From: a bacterium
GTDB taxonomy: Bacteria; Electryoneota; Electryoneia; Electryoneales; Electryoneaceae
Assembly: GCA_963669175.1 (NCBI GenBank)
Contig: OY769902.1
Location: 1,743,515-1,807,514 of the forward strand
DNA: 64,000 nucleotides
Direction of reading: 5' to 3'
The notes beneath the pieces were generated by a model. That model saw only the letters and a list, made by a program, of their open reading frames with translations. It made no database searches and was not told the origin of the DNA. Numbering within the stretch: the first letter of the stretch is position 1; each line of letters opens with the position of its first letter. The position numbers and the translations under genes were made by a program. Positions 51,417-61,936 of this stretch are shown one piece after another.

Positions 51417-51695
51417 ATGCAGAAGGGATCGAGGGAAGAGATGGTCGTACTTGTTGAAGTGATGCCGAAAGAGGGAATCCTGGACCCCCAGGGCAAGGCG
51501 GTTGGGAATGCGCTGCGTCAGATGGGGTACGAGGAAGTGGGTGAGGTGAAGATCGGAAAAATCATTCGTCTGGAACTGGACGAGACCGATCCCGACAAAG
51601 CACGCGCCCGTGCAGAAGAGATGGGGCGGCAGCTCCTGGCCAATCCGAATGTGGAACGGTTCCGGGTAGTTTTCCCCGAGGAGGCAGTCGCGTGA
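51417..51695 (+). CDS. purS: phosphoribosylformylglycinamidine synthase subunit PurS
   Basis: About 85-aa protein with VEVMPKEGILDPQGKAV motif. Precedes purQ with a 4-nt overlap. Confidence 0.85.
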   Translation: MQKGSREEMVVLVEVMPKEGILDPQGKAVGNALRQMGYEEVGEVKIGKIIRLELDETDPDKARARAEEMGRQLLANPNVERFRVVFPEEAVA

Positions 51696-52384
51696 AATGG
51701 GGTGTAGTTGTATTTCCCGGGTCCAATTGTGACCATGATGCCTATTACGCTCTTCACGACATCCTTGGGCAGGATGTTCGTTATATCTGGCATACGGAAC
51801 GTGATCTCGATGGTCTGGATGGCGTGATGCTCCCCGGCGGTTTTGCTTATGGCGATTATCTCCGCGCCGGAGCCATCGCACGTTTCAGCCCGGCAATGGA
51901 TGAGCTGGTTAAATTTTCGGAAAAAGGCGGCACGGTTATCGGTGTTTGTAACGGTTTCCAGGTCTTGACCGAGCTGGGGTTGCTGCCCGGCGCGCTGGTG
52001 CGCAATACCGGTCTGCGGTTCATCTGCGAAGACCTGCCCCTGCGGGTGGAACATGCTGACAGCAGGTTCACCGCTACTTGCAAAGCCGGGGAAGTGCTGA
52101 ACATCCCGGTAGCGCACAATGAAGGCAATTACATGCTGGACGAAGCGGGGCTGGATGAACTGGAAGCGAACAAACAGGTTCTGTTCCGGTACTGTACCCG
52201 TGAAGGTGAAGTGACAAAAGAAGTGAATCCGAACGGATCAAGCCGTAATATCGCGGGTATCATGAATCGCCAGGGCAATGTGCTGGGGATGATGCCGCAC
52301 CCGGAACGCCGTGTTGATGCCGTTCTGGGGCATGTTGACGGCCGTAAGATATTCGAAAGTGTTCTCCAAAGCGTTGGGGGCTGA
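51692..52384 (+). CDS. purQ: phosphoribosylformylglycinamidine synthase subunit PurQ (glutaminase)
   Basis: MKWGVVVFPGSNCD start, class I amidotransferase with catalytic Cys in GVCNGFQ and C-terminal HPER. Confidence 0.9.
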   Translation: MKWGVVVFPGSNCDHDAYYALHDILGQDVRYIWHTERDLDGLDGVMLPGGFAYGDYLRAGAIARFSPAMDELVKFSEKGGTVIGVCNGFQVLTELGLLPGALVRNTGLRFICEDLPLRVEHADSRFTATCKAGEVLNIPVAHNEGNYMLDEAGLDELEANKQVLFRYCTREGEVTKEVNPNGSSRNIAGIMNRQGNVLGMMPHPERRVDAVLGHVDGRKIFESVLQSVGG

Positions 52385-53226
52385 TGAGCAGGAAAAAACC
52401 TGCCAGTGAGATGAATTTCCTGGATCACCTCGACGAGCTGCGAAGCGTCCTGATCAAGGCGCTGATCGGGCTCATGATCGGGGTGATTGTGTCTTACTTC
52501 TTTTCGCCCAGGATCCAGGACCTGTTGTTGCTGGCGTTCAAAACGCCGGAGAACATTCGTCTGTCCCTTTTGTATCCTACCGAAGGTTTCATGGTGCAAC
52601 TGAAAATCTCGCTGGTGGCGGGAATTTTCGTCGCTGCGCCCTGGATATTTTACCAGTTCTGGTCCTTTGTCGCCCCGGCGCTTTATGATAATGAAAAGCG
52701 CTGGATCGGGCCGACAGTATTCTTTACCAGCCTCTGCTTTATCACCGGCGCCGTGTTCGCCTGGTTTGTGCTGTTGTGGGCGACATCCTTCCTGATGGGA
52801 TTTGCTTCGGATGGTGGAAGCGTCACCCTGGGATGGGGCGGACATACCTTCCTTGAGTTCGGAACACCCGCAGTGGAAAATGTCTGGTCACTGGGCAAAA
52901 CGCTCGATTTCATCCTGCGCATGTTCCTCGCATTCGGGGTGATGTTTGAGCTGCCCGTCGCCATGTATTTCCTGGCACGGCTTGGGCTGGTGGACGCAAA
53001 GTTTCTGCGCACCTACCGTAAGCATGCCTATGTGCTGGTCTTGATCGCAGCAGCCATCATTACGCCCCCGGATGTCATTACCCAGATTGCGCTGGGGTTG
53101 CCCTTGTTCGGCCTCTATGAAATCAGCATCTATGTCGCCATGATCGGTTCCAGGCGGCACAAAAAAGCCATTGATTCGATGGGGCAGGATGAGGAAAGTA
53201 GCGCCAAGGCGGGAGGCGCCGCATGA
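52384..53226 (+). CDS. tatC: twin-arginine translocase subunit TatC
   Basis: Six TM helices. N-terminal LDHLDELR motif and conserved FxxAPWIFYQFWSF region. Confidence 0.9.
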   Translation: MSRKKPASEMNFLDHLDELRSVLIKALIGLMIGVIVSYFFSPRIQDLLLLAFKTPENIRLSLLYPTEGFMVQLKISLVAGIFVAAPWIFYQFWSFVAPALYDNEKRWIGPTVFFTSLCFITGAVFAWFVLLWATSFLMGFASDGGSVTLGWGGHTFLEFGTPAVENVWSLGKTLDFILRMFLAFGVMFELPVAMYFLARLGLVDAKFLRTYRKHAYVLVLIAAAIITPPDVITQIALGLPLFGLYEISIYVAMIGSRRHKKAIDSMGQDEESSAKAGGAA

Positions 53227-53654
53227 TGCCCGGCGGTGGTGAACTGATCCTGATCGCGTTTGTGATTCTGCTTCTGTTTGGAGGCAAGGAACTGCCGCGA
53301 GTGGCGCGTACCCTCGGCAAGTGGACCTCAATCTTTCGCCGCTCAATGAATGAAGTCCGCCGCGAGATCAACCGTATCGCGCTGGAAGATGAGCTGGCCG
53401 AAGCGAAAAAATCGTTCGGCGAACTCAATAAGGACTTGCGCGAAGAGCTGCACTTGGACCGTAAACTCTATGAACCACCCGAGTCACGCGAGGCCGGTGC
53501 ATCCGAGAAAAAAAAGACCGTATCACGTGATAATCCCTACGCAAAGCAGTCCGAAACATCCGGCATGATAAAGGACAGTGATGCCAAGCCGGACCAACCT
53601 GCCACGGATACCACTCCGAAACAAGGTGAAACCGAAACGGATGAACCCGGGTAA
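53223..53654 (+). CDS. tatA: twin-arginine translocase TatA/TatB-family protein
   Basis: N-terminal TM helix plus amphipathic helix (LILIAFVILLLFGGKELPRVARTLGK), charged C-terminal tail. Its 143-aa length is closer to TatB. Confidence 0.75.
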   Translation: MMPGGGELILIAFVILLLFGGKELPRVARTLGKWTSIFRRSMNEVRREINRIALEDELAEAKKSFGELNKDLREELHLDRKLYEPPESREAGASEKKKTVSRDNPYAKQSETSGMIKDSDAKPDQPATDTTPKQGETETDEPG

Positions 53655-53661
53655 AACTACC

Positions 53662-54468
53662 ATGAAAGCTCCACGATTTCCATTGATTTCCGGTTTCCGC
53701 TCGACCGTGCTGTTTCTGATACTTGCGGCACTAATGCTGCCTATAGCCTATGTGTCCGCGCAAGACACAGAACAGGTTTTTATGGCTGTCGCAGTCAACG
53801 AGTTTCCTCACGATGTCGAGGCGTACACCCAGGGATTGGTGATTCACAATGGTTTCCTGTTTGAGGGAACCGGGCTGAACGGGTATTCTTCCATTCGTCG
53901 TGAACACCTGGAGACCGGAGTTGTCCTGCAACAGCGTGATATGGAGAAGAAGTATTTTGGGGAAGGTATCACCATCTTCGACGATATGCTGATCCAGGTA
54001 ACCTACCTGAACCGTGAAGGATTCGTCTACACCGTGGATGAATTTGAACCGGTATCGTCATTCCGCTATACCCAGCAAGGGTGGGGGCTGACTCACGACG
54101 GCGAAAAGCTGATTATGAGTGATGGTACCTCTACGCTGTATTTCCTCGATCCAGTCAGTTTTTCCAAACGTGGGCAGATTGATGTGTGGTCCTCGAACGG
54201 TCCCCTGACACACCTGAACGAGCTGGAATACATTGACGGTGAAATCTGGGCGAATGTATACCCCACCTACTATATCGCACGAATCAACCCGGAAACCGGC
54301 CAGGTCAACAGTTGGATCAACTGCAGCGAACTTCTGGACGATGCAGACTGGCATGACAAGATCGATGTGCTGAACGGCATCGCATACGATCCCGAAACAG
54401 GGCGCATTTTCGTGACCGGTAAACGCTGGCCGAAACTGTATGAGATCGAGCTGATCCCGATGGACTGA
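53662..54468 (+). CDS. glutamine cyclotransferase (beta-propeller type)
   Basis: Signal peptide, then YTQGL...FEGTGL.G.S and C-terminal NGIAYD...FVTGKRWP...YEI motifs typical of plant/bacterial glutaminyl cyclases. Confidence 0.65.
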   Translation: MKAPRFPLISGFRSTVLFLILAALMLPIAYVSAQDTEQVFMAVAVNEFPHDVEAYTQGLVIHNGFLFEGTGLNGYSSIRREHLETGVVLQQRDMEKKYFGEGITIFDDMLIQVTYLNREGFVYTVDEFEPVSSFRYTQQGWGLTHDGEKLIMSDGTSTLYFLDPVSFSKRGQIDVWSSNGPLTHLNELEYIDGEIWANVYPTYYIARINPETGQVNSWINCSELLDDADWHDKIDVLNGIAYDPETGRIFVTGKRWPKLYEIELIPMD

Positions 54469-54474
54469 CGGGAA

Positions 54475-54540
54475 GTGAAAAAAGTAGACAGTGAATAAAG
54501 TGAAAAAAGTAAAGAAGGTAAAAAATGTAAAGAAAGTCAT
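54475..54540. repeat. phased 9-bp GTRAAAAAN tract (repeat family D)
   Basis: gtgaaaaaagtagacagtgaataaagtgaaaaaagtaaagaaggtaaaaaatgtaaagaaagt directly after the cyclase stop. Confidence 0.4.
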
Positions 54541-54667
54541 TTGACGGGCAAGTGTGGCCCGATCCGCAAGTGACGTAACTTCCACTTTCCATTCAACAAC
54601 AATACTCCCACGACATCTCCATTCTATCCATACTCATGAGCGCATCGGGACGTGTCGTAAAGGTTGC

Positions 54668-54756
54668 AGGAAAAGGGGACTGTTTCCTTTTCGTTGCGCT
54701 GAGATATATGATTATAAATACAGGGGATCGAAAAGGGGACTGTCCCCTTTTCCATG
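54668..54756. repeat. repeat family B, partial/degenerate copy
   Basis: Two palindromic modules ggaaaaggggactgtttccttttc and gaaaaggggactgtccccttttcc about 50 bp apart. Confidence 0.45.
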
Positions 54757-55427
54757 AGACAAGGCTTCATCACTAACATGAGTCTGGATAAAGTTCTGTG
54801 TATTTGCCAAAGACTCGAAAGCTGCCACATTCCCGACTCACTCATAGTCGCGTCATGGATTGTCACTTCAGCACAGTACCCATCACGAACGACAGCGTCA
54901 GTTCCATCACGTACGAGTCGGGCCACCCGAGCTTGCTGCACAGGATAATGTCGTCGCCTTTGATCCGATGCGCTCAATGTTGCGTCACGTGGCATTGCTT
55001 CATCAGAGTATTCTTGAATCTGTCCACGAGGAAGCTATATCACTTGCGAGTCGGGCCACCCGAGCGGGGACTTGGGTATCCTGAACAAGGCCATCTCAAC
55101 TTAGCCTTCCTGGGTCAATGCGAAGTTCGCTGATTGACAACGCTACACATCCCGCAATCCAACCCTTTGAAAAGAATGGGCAGTCAAAATGCGAAGCGTG
55201 GTCAAGTTGAGGAATAGTGGGGAGATAGTGCTATCTGCATTGTTTTTAATTAGTTTCAATCAGCTTCAGCTTGAACTGACCAGACAGACTTCCCCCCACT
55301 TTTTCCACTAATTTCTTCTTACTTATGGATTCCTGACGAAATTTGATTATCTTATTAACACGGTGATTCTAGATTCTGCTTCGCATCGTTCGAGCAATTT
55401 CGGCACTCAACAACTGGGAGGGCCTGT

Positions 55428-57026
55428 ATGAGCCCCAAAGCGAGTTCCGCCTCAGAATCTACTGGTCAAACAAAAACAACCACTAAAGCCAAAGCTTCTC
55501 AACGCTCCACGGCAACAACCACCAAAAAGACAACCAAGAAGACAACGAAACCGAAAACCCCGTCAACAAACAGAAAAACGTCGGTTAGCAAGAGCGCAGT
55601 AGTTAAACCGACCAATGGCAATGGTAAAACCAATGGGAATGGCGCCAATGGACATGGCATCATCCTGGATATAAGTCCCAGTAATATCAAGGTCGAAGAT
55701 GTCACTACGACCAAAGTATTCGTGCTGGATACCAATGTCCTGTTGCATGATCCTACCGCCATTCGTCGCTTCGACGAGCATGACCTGATCATCCCCATCA
55801 CCGTGCTGGAAGAGGTGGATCAGTTCAAAAAAGGCGCGGATACCATCAATTTTAACGCTCGCGAAGTGGCGCGTGAGCTGGATGAGCTTGCTTCTCATGG
55901 AAAGATGGACGAAGAGGGCGTGCCGTTAGGAGATGGTCGTGGCACGATTCGAATTGTCGTAGGTGGTCCGGTTCATGAAAAAGTGAGGACCACGTTTTTA
56001 CAGGACAATCCCGATCACCGTATTCTGTCCGCAACCCTGAAAGTCAAACAACGCTTTCCCAACCGTGAAGTGGTCCTGGTTTCCAAGGACGTATCCTTGC
56101 GCCTGAAAGCCCGCAGTATGGGAGTGGCTGCGGAGGATTATGAAAACGACAAGATCCCTGAACTGGATAAACTGTACAAGGGTCGTTATGTGCTGGAGGG
56201 CGTGGATGACGAGCTGATCGACCGGCTTTTTTTGCTGCCGTTTTCGGTGCCCGTGGCAGATTTCAGAATTGAGGAACCCTACCCGAATGCCTATTTCATC
56301 TTACGTGGCATGTCCAAGAGCGCTATTGCACGGTATGACGCGAGCGAGCGTGCGCTGGTGCGTGTCGAGAAAAGAACATGTTATGGTATTTATCCACGCA
56401 ACAGCGAGCAGACCTTTGCGCTGGACGCCCTGACCAATCCGGATATCCAACTGGTCACATTGTCCGGAAAGGCCGGGACCGGAAAAACCTTGCTGGCCCT
56501 GGCGGGGGCTCTGGAAACACGGCGTCGTTATCACCAGGTTTTTCTCGCTCGCCCGATTGTGCCGTTGTCCAACCGCGATATCGGCTATCTTCCCGGGGAT
56601 ATTCAGGACAAGATTGCGCCCTATATGCAGCCGTTGTGGGATAACCTTGGGGTGATACGTTCGCAATTCAAGGGCAACGACCCCAACCTGGCTACGATAC
56701 AGAACATGCTGGAGCACGAGAAGCTGAAGATCAGCGCGTTGGCGTATATACGTGGACGTAGCCTGAACCGGATTTATTTCATTGTGGATGAGGCGCAGAA
56801 CCTGACCGGACATGAGGTGAAGACAATTATCACCCGGGCCGGAGAAGGTACGAAGATCATCTTTACCGGTGATCCCTACCAGATTGATTCGCCTTACCTG
56901 GACGCACGTTCCAACGGCCTGACCAGGCTGATTGACAAAATGAAAGGACAGGAAGTTTACGCGCATGTGACGCTGGAAAAGGGGGAACGGAGCCTGCTTT
57001 CAGATTTGGCTTCAGATTTGTTATAA
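55428..57026 (+). CDS. PIN-domain/PhoH-like ATPase (YlaK-type) with K/T-rich N-terminal extension
   Basis: PIN motif region VFVLDTNVLLHDP, Walker A SGKAGTGKT, PhoH-like C-terminal region. The first roughly 90 residues are basic, Lys/Thr-rich low complexity. Confidence 0.8.
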   Translation: MSPKASSASESTGQTKTTTKAKASQRSTATTTKKTTKKTTKPKTPSTNRKTSVSKSAVVKPTNGNGKTNGNGANGHGIILDISPSNIKVEDVTTTKVFVLDTNVLLHDPTAIRRFDEHDLIIPITVLEEVDQFKKGADTINFNAREVARELDELASHGKMDEEGVPLGDGRGTIRIVVGGPVHEKVRTTFLQDNPDHRILSATLKVKQRFPNREVVLVSKDVSLRLKARSMGVAAEDYENDKIPELDKLYKGRYVLEGVDDELIDRLFLLPFSVPVADFRIEEPYPNAYFILRGMSKSAIARYDASERALVRVEKRTCYGIYPRNSEQTFALDALTNPDIQLVTLSGKAGTGKTLLALAGALETRRRYHQVFLARPIVPLSNRDIGYLPGDIQDKIAPYMQPLWDNLGVIRSQFKGNDPNLATIQNMLEHEKLKISALAYIRGRSLNRIYFIVDEAQNLTGHEVKTIITRAGEGTKIIFTGDPYQIDSPYLDARSNGLTRLIDKMKGQEVYAHVTLEKGERSLLSDLASDLL

Positions 57027-57120
57027 TACGGGTGAATTCTTCTCCCACCGCAGAAGCTATTGGAACTCCTGCCGGGAGTTCAGCGTGAGCGCATTGTTAC
57101 TGGTACAGTCGTAAAACAGA

Positions 57121-57933
57121 GTGGTGATAGAGATGACCCGGCAGGATTTTGAAACGGTAAAGCAGTCATATCAGAGTTATATGGCCCGGTATTCAGATGC
57201 CAGGGGTTCTGTTGCTGGCGCGATTCATGTGAAGCTGGTCCATATTGAACAGGTTGTTCATGAAATGAAACTGCTGGTTGAAGCGCTGTACCTGGATGAA
57301 TTCGACACATTCATTGCCCTTTCCATCGCGCAACTCCATGATATCGCCCGTCCCGAACAGCTTGTCAAATACGGCACGATGAAAGATGCCGACTCGGAAA
57401 ACCACGCCCTTATGGCTGTCCGTATTATTAAGGAAGAGGAGATTCTGGGCCATCTGGAAAGGGATGAACAGGAGCTGATCCTGACAGCGGTCGCCAATCA
57501 CAATCGGTATGCTGTTGAGGATGGATTGGATGAACGTACGCTGTTATTTTGCAAACTGATACGTGATGCGGACAAGCTGGATATCTGGCGGGTGTTTATT
57601 GAGCTGGACAGCCAGCCGGAATCGTCGGAAGCCGCCACTGCCTTTTTTGGCCTGGAAGAACGTGATGAAGTGACGCCCTCTGTATGGCAGGCTATCATGG
57701 AAGGACACATTGCTGATTATCGAGAATTGCAAACACGTTGCGATTTTCGCCTGCTGGTCATGGGATGGGTTTTTGATCTGAATTTCCAGCATAGTCTGAA
57801 CCGGGTCGTACAGCAGGGATTCCTGGACACAATGAAATCACGCATTCCCCTTACTCCGAACGTGGAAAACGCCCTGAAGAGAATAGAGACTTTTATTAAC
57901 GAAAGAACACAACAACAGGTTGCCATATCCTGA
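57121..57933 (+). CDS. HD-domain metal-dependent phosphohydrolase
   Basis: H...HD...D pattern (AQLHDIARP, DADKLD). About 270 aa. Confidence 0.65.
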   Translation: MVIEMTRQDFETVKQSYQSYMARYSDARGSVAGAIHVKLVHIEQVVHEMKLLVEALYLDEFDTFIALSIAQLHDIARPEQLVKYGTMKDADSENHALMAVRIIKEEEILGHLERDEQELILTAVANHNRYAVEDGLDERTLLFCKLIRDADKLDIWRVFIELDSQPESSEAATAFFGLEERDEVTPSVWQAIMEGHIADYRELQTRCDFRLLVMGWVFDLNFQHSLNRVVQQGFLDTMKSRIPLTPNVENALKRIETFINERTQQQVAIS

Positions 57934-57970
57934 GTTACAGTAGAATAATGTCCCATGGAATAGAACAACT

Positions 57971-58056
57971 GCGAGATCCCCGTTATGTTCACGGCTGTGC
58001 TTCGCACACCGCAAGCTTCGCTTCGCTATGGTTCAAGCCGGGGATGACATGATGGG
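57971..58056. repeat. hairpin repeat (family C) copy with inserted loop
   Basis: gcgagatccccg ... ggttcaagccggggatgacatg matches the 35882..35914 hairpin but carries a 49-nt insertion. Confidence 0.5.
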
Positions 58057-58240
58057 ACTTTAAGTAACATGTACTTCCTGATAGCGCTGACCTGAAAAAA
58101 CGCTGTACTTCCTCATCGAGATCTTGCTTTCGTCAGAAAACGATAGTATTATTACTGAACATTTGTACAGATTTTACGCGATTCGAAAGATACCGGACAG
58201 TTTTCAGAGTGTTCATACCATCATTAAAGGAGAGAAAGAG

Positions 58241-58714
58241 ATGCAGGAAAATCCAAACCTTATACCGTTGCAGATGGCGCGTCAGCTTTTCCTGAATTCC
58301 ACCAGTGTTCTGGAGGAGGCGGACTCAGGATTTTTCCCGAAAGAAGGGATGTACTCTGTAGCACAGCAGGTAGAACACACCGCTTTGACTGTATTGTGGT
58401 TTGCGAATGCAGTAAAGGGTGAAGGTTTTAATATGGATTTCGAAACCTTTGAAAAGAAGTGTCGTGCAGCGACCTCGTATGACGAATCAATGGCTCATTT
58501 CAACGCAGCGTTTGATAAGGCGGAGGAGATTTTTGGTGGCTTGAGCCAGGAAGAAATCATGGCGCCACTACCGGATAACCCGATTATGGGACCGGTTCCG
58601 ATCTTTTCCCTGCTTTTTTCAATCCAGGACCACACGGCGCACCATCGTGGTTCACTGGTGGTCTATGCAAGGCTGCTGGGCAAGCAACCGAAAATGCCGT
58701 ATAGCGAGATGTAG
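58241..58714 (+). CDS. DinB/YfiT-like four-helix-bundle metalloprotein
   Basis: His triad pattern (QQVEHTALTV ... QDHTAHHRG). ATG 58241 preceded by AAAGGAGAGAAAGAG. Confidence 0.55.
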   Translation: MQENPNLIPLQMARQLFLNSTSVLEEADSGFFPKEGMYSVAQQVEHTALTVLWFANAVKGEGFNMDFETFEKKCRAATSYDESMAHFNAAFDKAEEIFGGLSQEEIMAPLPDNPIMGPVPIFSLLFSIQDHTAHHRGSLVVYARLLGKQPKMPYSEM

Positions 58715-58740
58715 AGGTCTAATCCGAGATACAACTTTAT

Positions 58741-58772
58741 AAAGGGGCTGATAGCAGCCCCTTTTGTTTGGT
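58741..58772 (+). terminator. intrinsic terminator
   Basis: aaaggggctg-atag-cagcccctttt followed by gtttgg. 10-bp GC-rich stem with flanking A and T tracts. Confidence 0.65.
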
Positions 58773-59207
58773 GGTCCTAATAGTTGCAAACATGGGTACA
58801 TAAATTTTGAAACAGAGATTCTCAAAGAAAGAAAACCAAAAGCAAAAAATCCGAAGAATCGATCAAGGTATAACCTCAAATAGAAAGAGGTATGGAAAAT
58901 GTCTCTCTTAAAAAATGAGAATATACTTGTCATCTATTTGATTACATGGATCTAAGGAGAATCGAAATTTGTACTCCTCCTCTCCCAGAGAACAAAGCTT
59001 TTCGCTTGTAGTCATTTTGACTACAAAAAACTTCGAATTACTTTATTCATAGATAGTCATTTCCCTGCACTGCTCCCTTGTTATCCCTATTGAAATCGAT
59101 TCCATGATTGTTCCTGTCGTAATAATACTGTGTTAGGGGAAGTTAATTGTTGGAGGGTTATTGATTCTTCATAGACCGGGAGAATCCTTGTACGAGGAGG
59201 TGGCATC

Positions 59208-61733
59208 GTGTTTCTAAGTAATCTTCGTTTGCCGGTAAAGATTGCGGGATTAAGCCTGGGAATACTTGTCATTGTTGCGGTAATTCTTGGTGTTGTAGCA
59301 ACAATGGGTATTCGTAATCTTGGCAATCAGGTTCAGTCTGATTTGAAGCAGAACACTGAAGACGAGCTGGTGTCGACTCGAGAAACACTGGAAAATGCGC
59401 ATCAAAGCCGTCTACGTGATTTGGTGAATACGGCAGCCAGTCATTTCGAGGAATTGAATCAGGCTGTATTGGAAGGAAGGATGAGCCTGCAGCGTGCGCA
59501 GCGTGAGGCGATGGAGCGGGTTCGCGTAATGCGTTACGATGAAGGGAAGGGCTATTTCTGGATTAATTCGGCTGATCCGATTCAGACTACGATGATCATG
59601 CATCCGACGGTTCCTTCTCTGGAGGGCACCGACGTATCTCAGTATACGAAGAATGGTCGCGTGGTCATGGCAGATGGAACAAATACGCCGATGTTTGTTG
59701 AAATGGCTCGCGTAACCTTGAACAGTCCGACAGATGACGGTTTTGTCGGCTATCCCTGGCCAAATCCTCTCAACATGTCCGAGTGGCTTCCCAAGTTATC
59801 TTATGTGTACAATTTCAAACCCTGGGGCTGGGTGATCGGCTCAGGCGTTTATGTGGATGACATTGACAAGGCCATGGTGTTGAAGCAGGCGCAAATGGAA
59901 GAGATGCAGGAGCGTTTCATTTCTGAAGCGTCCAAACAGACCACTTCAGCAATAACACGTATTCTTATAGTCACCCTCATTCTTGCTGTCATCGGAGTAT
60001 TCCTGACCATGTTGGTAGTCCGGGATATCAATGTGCCGTTGAAGAGAATTCAGGATGCTGCGGATGCCATTGCCATGGGTGATGTCCAGCAGGATGTCGA
60101 GATGCGCAGAAAGGATGAGATCGGCCAACTTGCCGTTGTCTTCGGCAATATGATTGAAGGCCTGAAGGATAAGGCGCGAATTGCCGAGGAAATCGCAGCG
60201 GGCAATCTTCAGGTTGATATCAAAGCCCTGTCGGACCGGGATGCAGTTGGCAAAGCCATGCAATCCATGAAGGACAGTCTCCTTGCCATGCAGAAGAACC
60301 TGGGCGAGACCATAGAGGCGCAGAAAGCCGGCGACCTGGATATGCGGTGCAATCCCGAGCGTTTCAAGGGCGCGTATGCAGAACTGCTGCAGGGCATGAA
60401 TGATGCGCTTGAAGCTGTGATCAAGCCATTAATTGAAGCTAGTGACATTCTTCAGGTTTATGCTGACGGCGATCTTACCCGTCAGATACGTGATCTGCCC
60501 GGCAAGCAGGTTGTGTTGACAAACGGCATGAATCAGATTCGAGCCAACCTGAACTCGCTGATTCAGGCCGGTGTTGAACTGGCAGATGCAGCTCGTGAAG
60601 GACGTCTGCATGAACGCGGGGACGCTGGTCGGTTCTCCGGCGGCTATCGCAAGATCATTGAAGGAATGAATGATATCATCGACAACCTGCTCAAACCGGT
60701 TGAGGAGGTTGTCAAGGCGCTGGAGAAGATGGCGGACGGCGATCTGAACCTGTCTGTAAGCGCGGATTACAAGGGCGATCATGCCAAGATGATGAACGCC
60801 ATGAACAACACCCTGGATGCGCTGAATGAACTGTTGATCGAAGTTCAGGAAGCAATTGACCAGGTGGATTCCGGTTCAACCCAGGTTTCCGATGCTGCGC
60901 AGTCGCTGTCTCAGGGATCGACCGAGCAGGCAAGTTCCATGGAAGAAGTGACATCCGCGACTACAGAAGTCGGTGGTATGATCAAGCAGAATGCCGAGTC
61001 GGCAGTTCAGGCGAACATGCTGGTTGCGGACTCACGCAAGGCGGCTGATCAGGGCAATGCCCAGATGCAGGATATGCTTGGCGCCATGCAGGATATCAAC
61101 TCATCCTCCGATGAGATCAACCGCATTATCAAGGTGATCGATGAAATCGCCTTCCAGACCAACCTGCTGGCGCTGAATGCTGCGGTTGAGGCCGCTCGTG
61201 CCGGTGTACACGGGAAAGGGTTTGCCGTCGTTGCCGATGAAGTCCGAAACCTTGCCCAGCGAAGCGCGCAGGCAGCGAAAGAAACAACCGAATTGATCGA
61301 AGGCACCCGGCAACGTGTTGATAAGGGCGCCAAGATCGCGGATGAGACAGCAGAAGCGTTGGTGAAAATTGTCGATGGCGTTACGAAAGTAACGGACCTG
61401 GTAAGTGAGATTGCATCGGCCTCCAAGGAGCAGTCCCTTGGAATCGAGCAGATCACGGATGCGCTGGGGCAGATTGATCAGGTTACCCAGGCGAATACGA
61501 CCAATGCGGAAGAGAGCGCTGCGGCGGCAGAGGAGCTGTCAAGCCAGGCAACGAATCTGCGGGCCATGGTGGCAAGGTTCTCCCTGAGAAGCTCCAAGTC
61601 GAGAAGAAAACACAACACGTATGCTGAAATAGCGGCTGCTCCGAGAAAGAAAGCCCTGCCAGGGTACGAAGGCATAGAAACCAAACCTGAAGATGTAATC
61701 GCCCTGGATGATGAGGACTTTGAAGACTTCTAG
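59208..61733 (+). CDS. methyl-accepting chemotaxis protein with Cache-like periplasmic sensor and multiple HAMP repeats
   Basis: N-terminal TM, periplasmic sensor region ([18 protein letters not shown]), second TM, several HAMP-like repeats, and the highly conserved MCP signalling hairpin ([39 protein letters not shown]). GTG start with GAGGAGG RBS. Confidence 0.9.
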   Translation: MFLSNLRLPVKIAGLSLGILVIVAVILGVVATMGIRNLGNQVQSDLKQNTEDELVSTRETLENAHQSRLRDLVNTAASHFEELNQAVLEGRMSLQRAQREAMERVRVMRYDEGKGYFWINSADPIQTTMIMHPTVPSLEGTDVSQYTKNGRVVMADGTNTPMFVEMARVTLNSPTDDGFVGYPWPNPLNMSEWLPKLSYVYNFKPWGWVIGSGVYVDDIDKAMVLKQAQMEEMQERFISEASKQTTSAITRILIVTLILAVIGVFLTMLVVRDINVPLKRIQDAADAIAMGDVQQDVEMRRKDEIGQLAVVFGNMIEGLKDKARIAEEIAAGNLQVDIKALSDRDAVGKAMQSMKDSLLAMQKNLGETIEAQKAGDLDMRCNPERFKGAYAELLQGMNDALEAVIKPLIEASDILQVYADGDLTRQIRDLPGKQVVLTNGMNQIRANLNSLIQAGVELADAAREGRLHERGDAGRFSGGYRKIIEGMNDIIDNLLKPVEEVVKALEKMADGDLNLSVSADYKGDHAKMMNAMNNTLDALNELLIEVQEAIDQVDSGSTQVSDAAQSLSQGSTEQASSMEEVTSATTEVGGMIKQNAESAVQANMLVADSRKAADQGNAQMQDMLGAMQDINSSSDEINRIIKVIDEIAFQTNLLALNAAVEAARAGVHGKGFAVVADEVRNLAQRSAQAAKETTELIEGTRQRVDKGAKIADETAEALVKIVDGVTKVTDLVSEIASASKEQSLGIEQITDALGQIDQVTQANTTNAEESAAAAEELSSQATNLRAMVARFSLRSSKSRRKHNTYAEIAAAPRKKALPGYEGIETKPEDVIALDDEDFEDF

Positions 61734-61755
61734 AGAGATGGCTTCTGTAAAGCAA

Positions 61756-61800
61756 TCCACTAGTGGATCATAGCAGGTGCAATGATCCACTAAATCGATA
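61756..61800. promoter_or_regulatory. conserved bipartite palindromic motif (copy 1)
   Basis: aatCCACTAGTGGATCA-n15-TCCACTAA. Contains the perfect palindrome CCACTAGTGG. A near-identical motif lies at 62993..63040. Confidence 0.4.
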
Positions 61801-61822
61801 GTCCAGGTACAAGAATAGTAAT

Positions 61823-61858
61823 ACCCATCGAGTCGAATTACTCGATGGGTATTTTTTC
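61823..61858 (+). terminator. intrinsic terminator
   Basis: Perfect 11-bp stem acccatcgagt / actcgatgggt, 6-nt loop, followed by ATTTTTTC. Confidence 0.7.
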
Positions 61859-61936
61859 TAAGAATTGTATAAGAATCATACTTATCCTGTTCACTGACAG
61901 TTGGGAAAGACTCGCCCGGAAGAAAAGGAATTGCTG

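Noticed and set aside
54798-55133. 111-aa plus-strand ORF in the 950-bp intergenic region
   Set aside because: No RBS, no motif, overlapped by ORFs on other frames. Treated as non-coding.
57975-58056. attL/attR-type direct repeats of a genomic island spanning 35.9 to 58.0 kb
   Set aside because: The interval contains core housekeeping operons (pur genes, tatAC, truA) and no integrase, so a dispersed hairpin repeat is more plausible than island boundaries.
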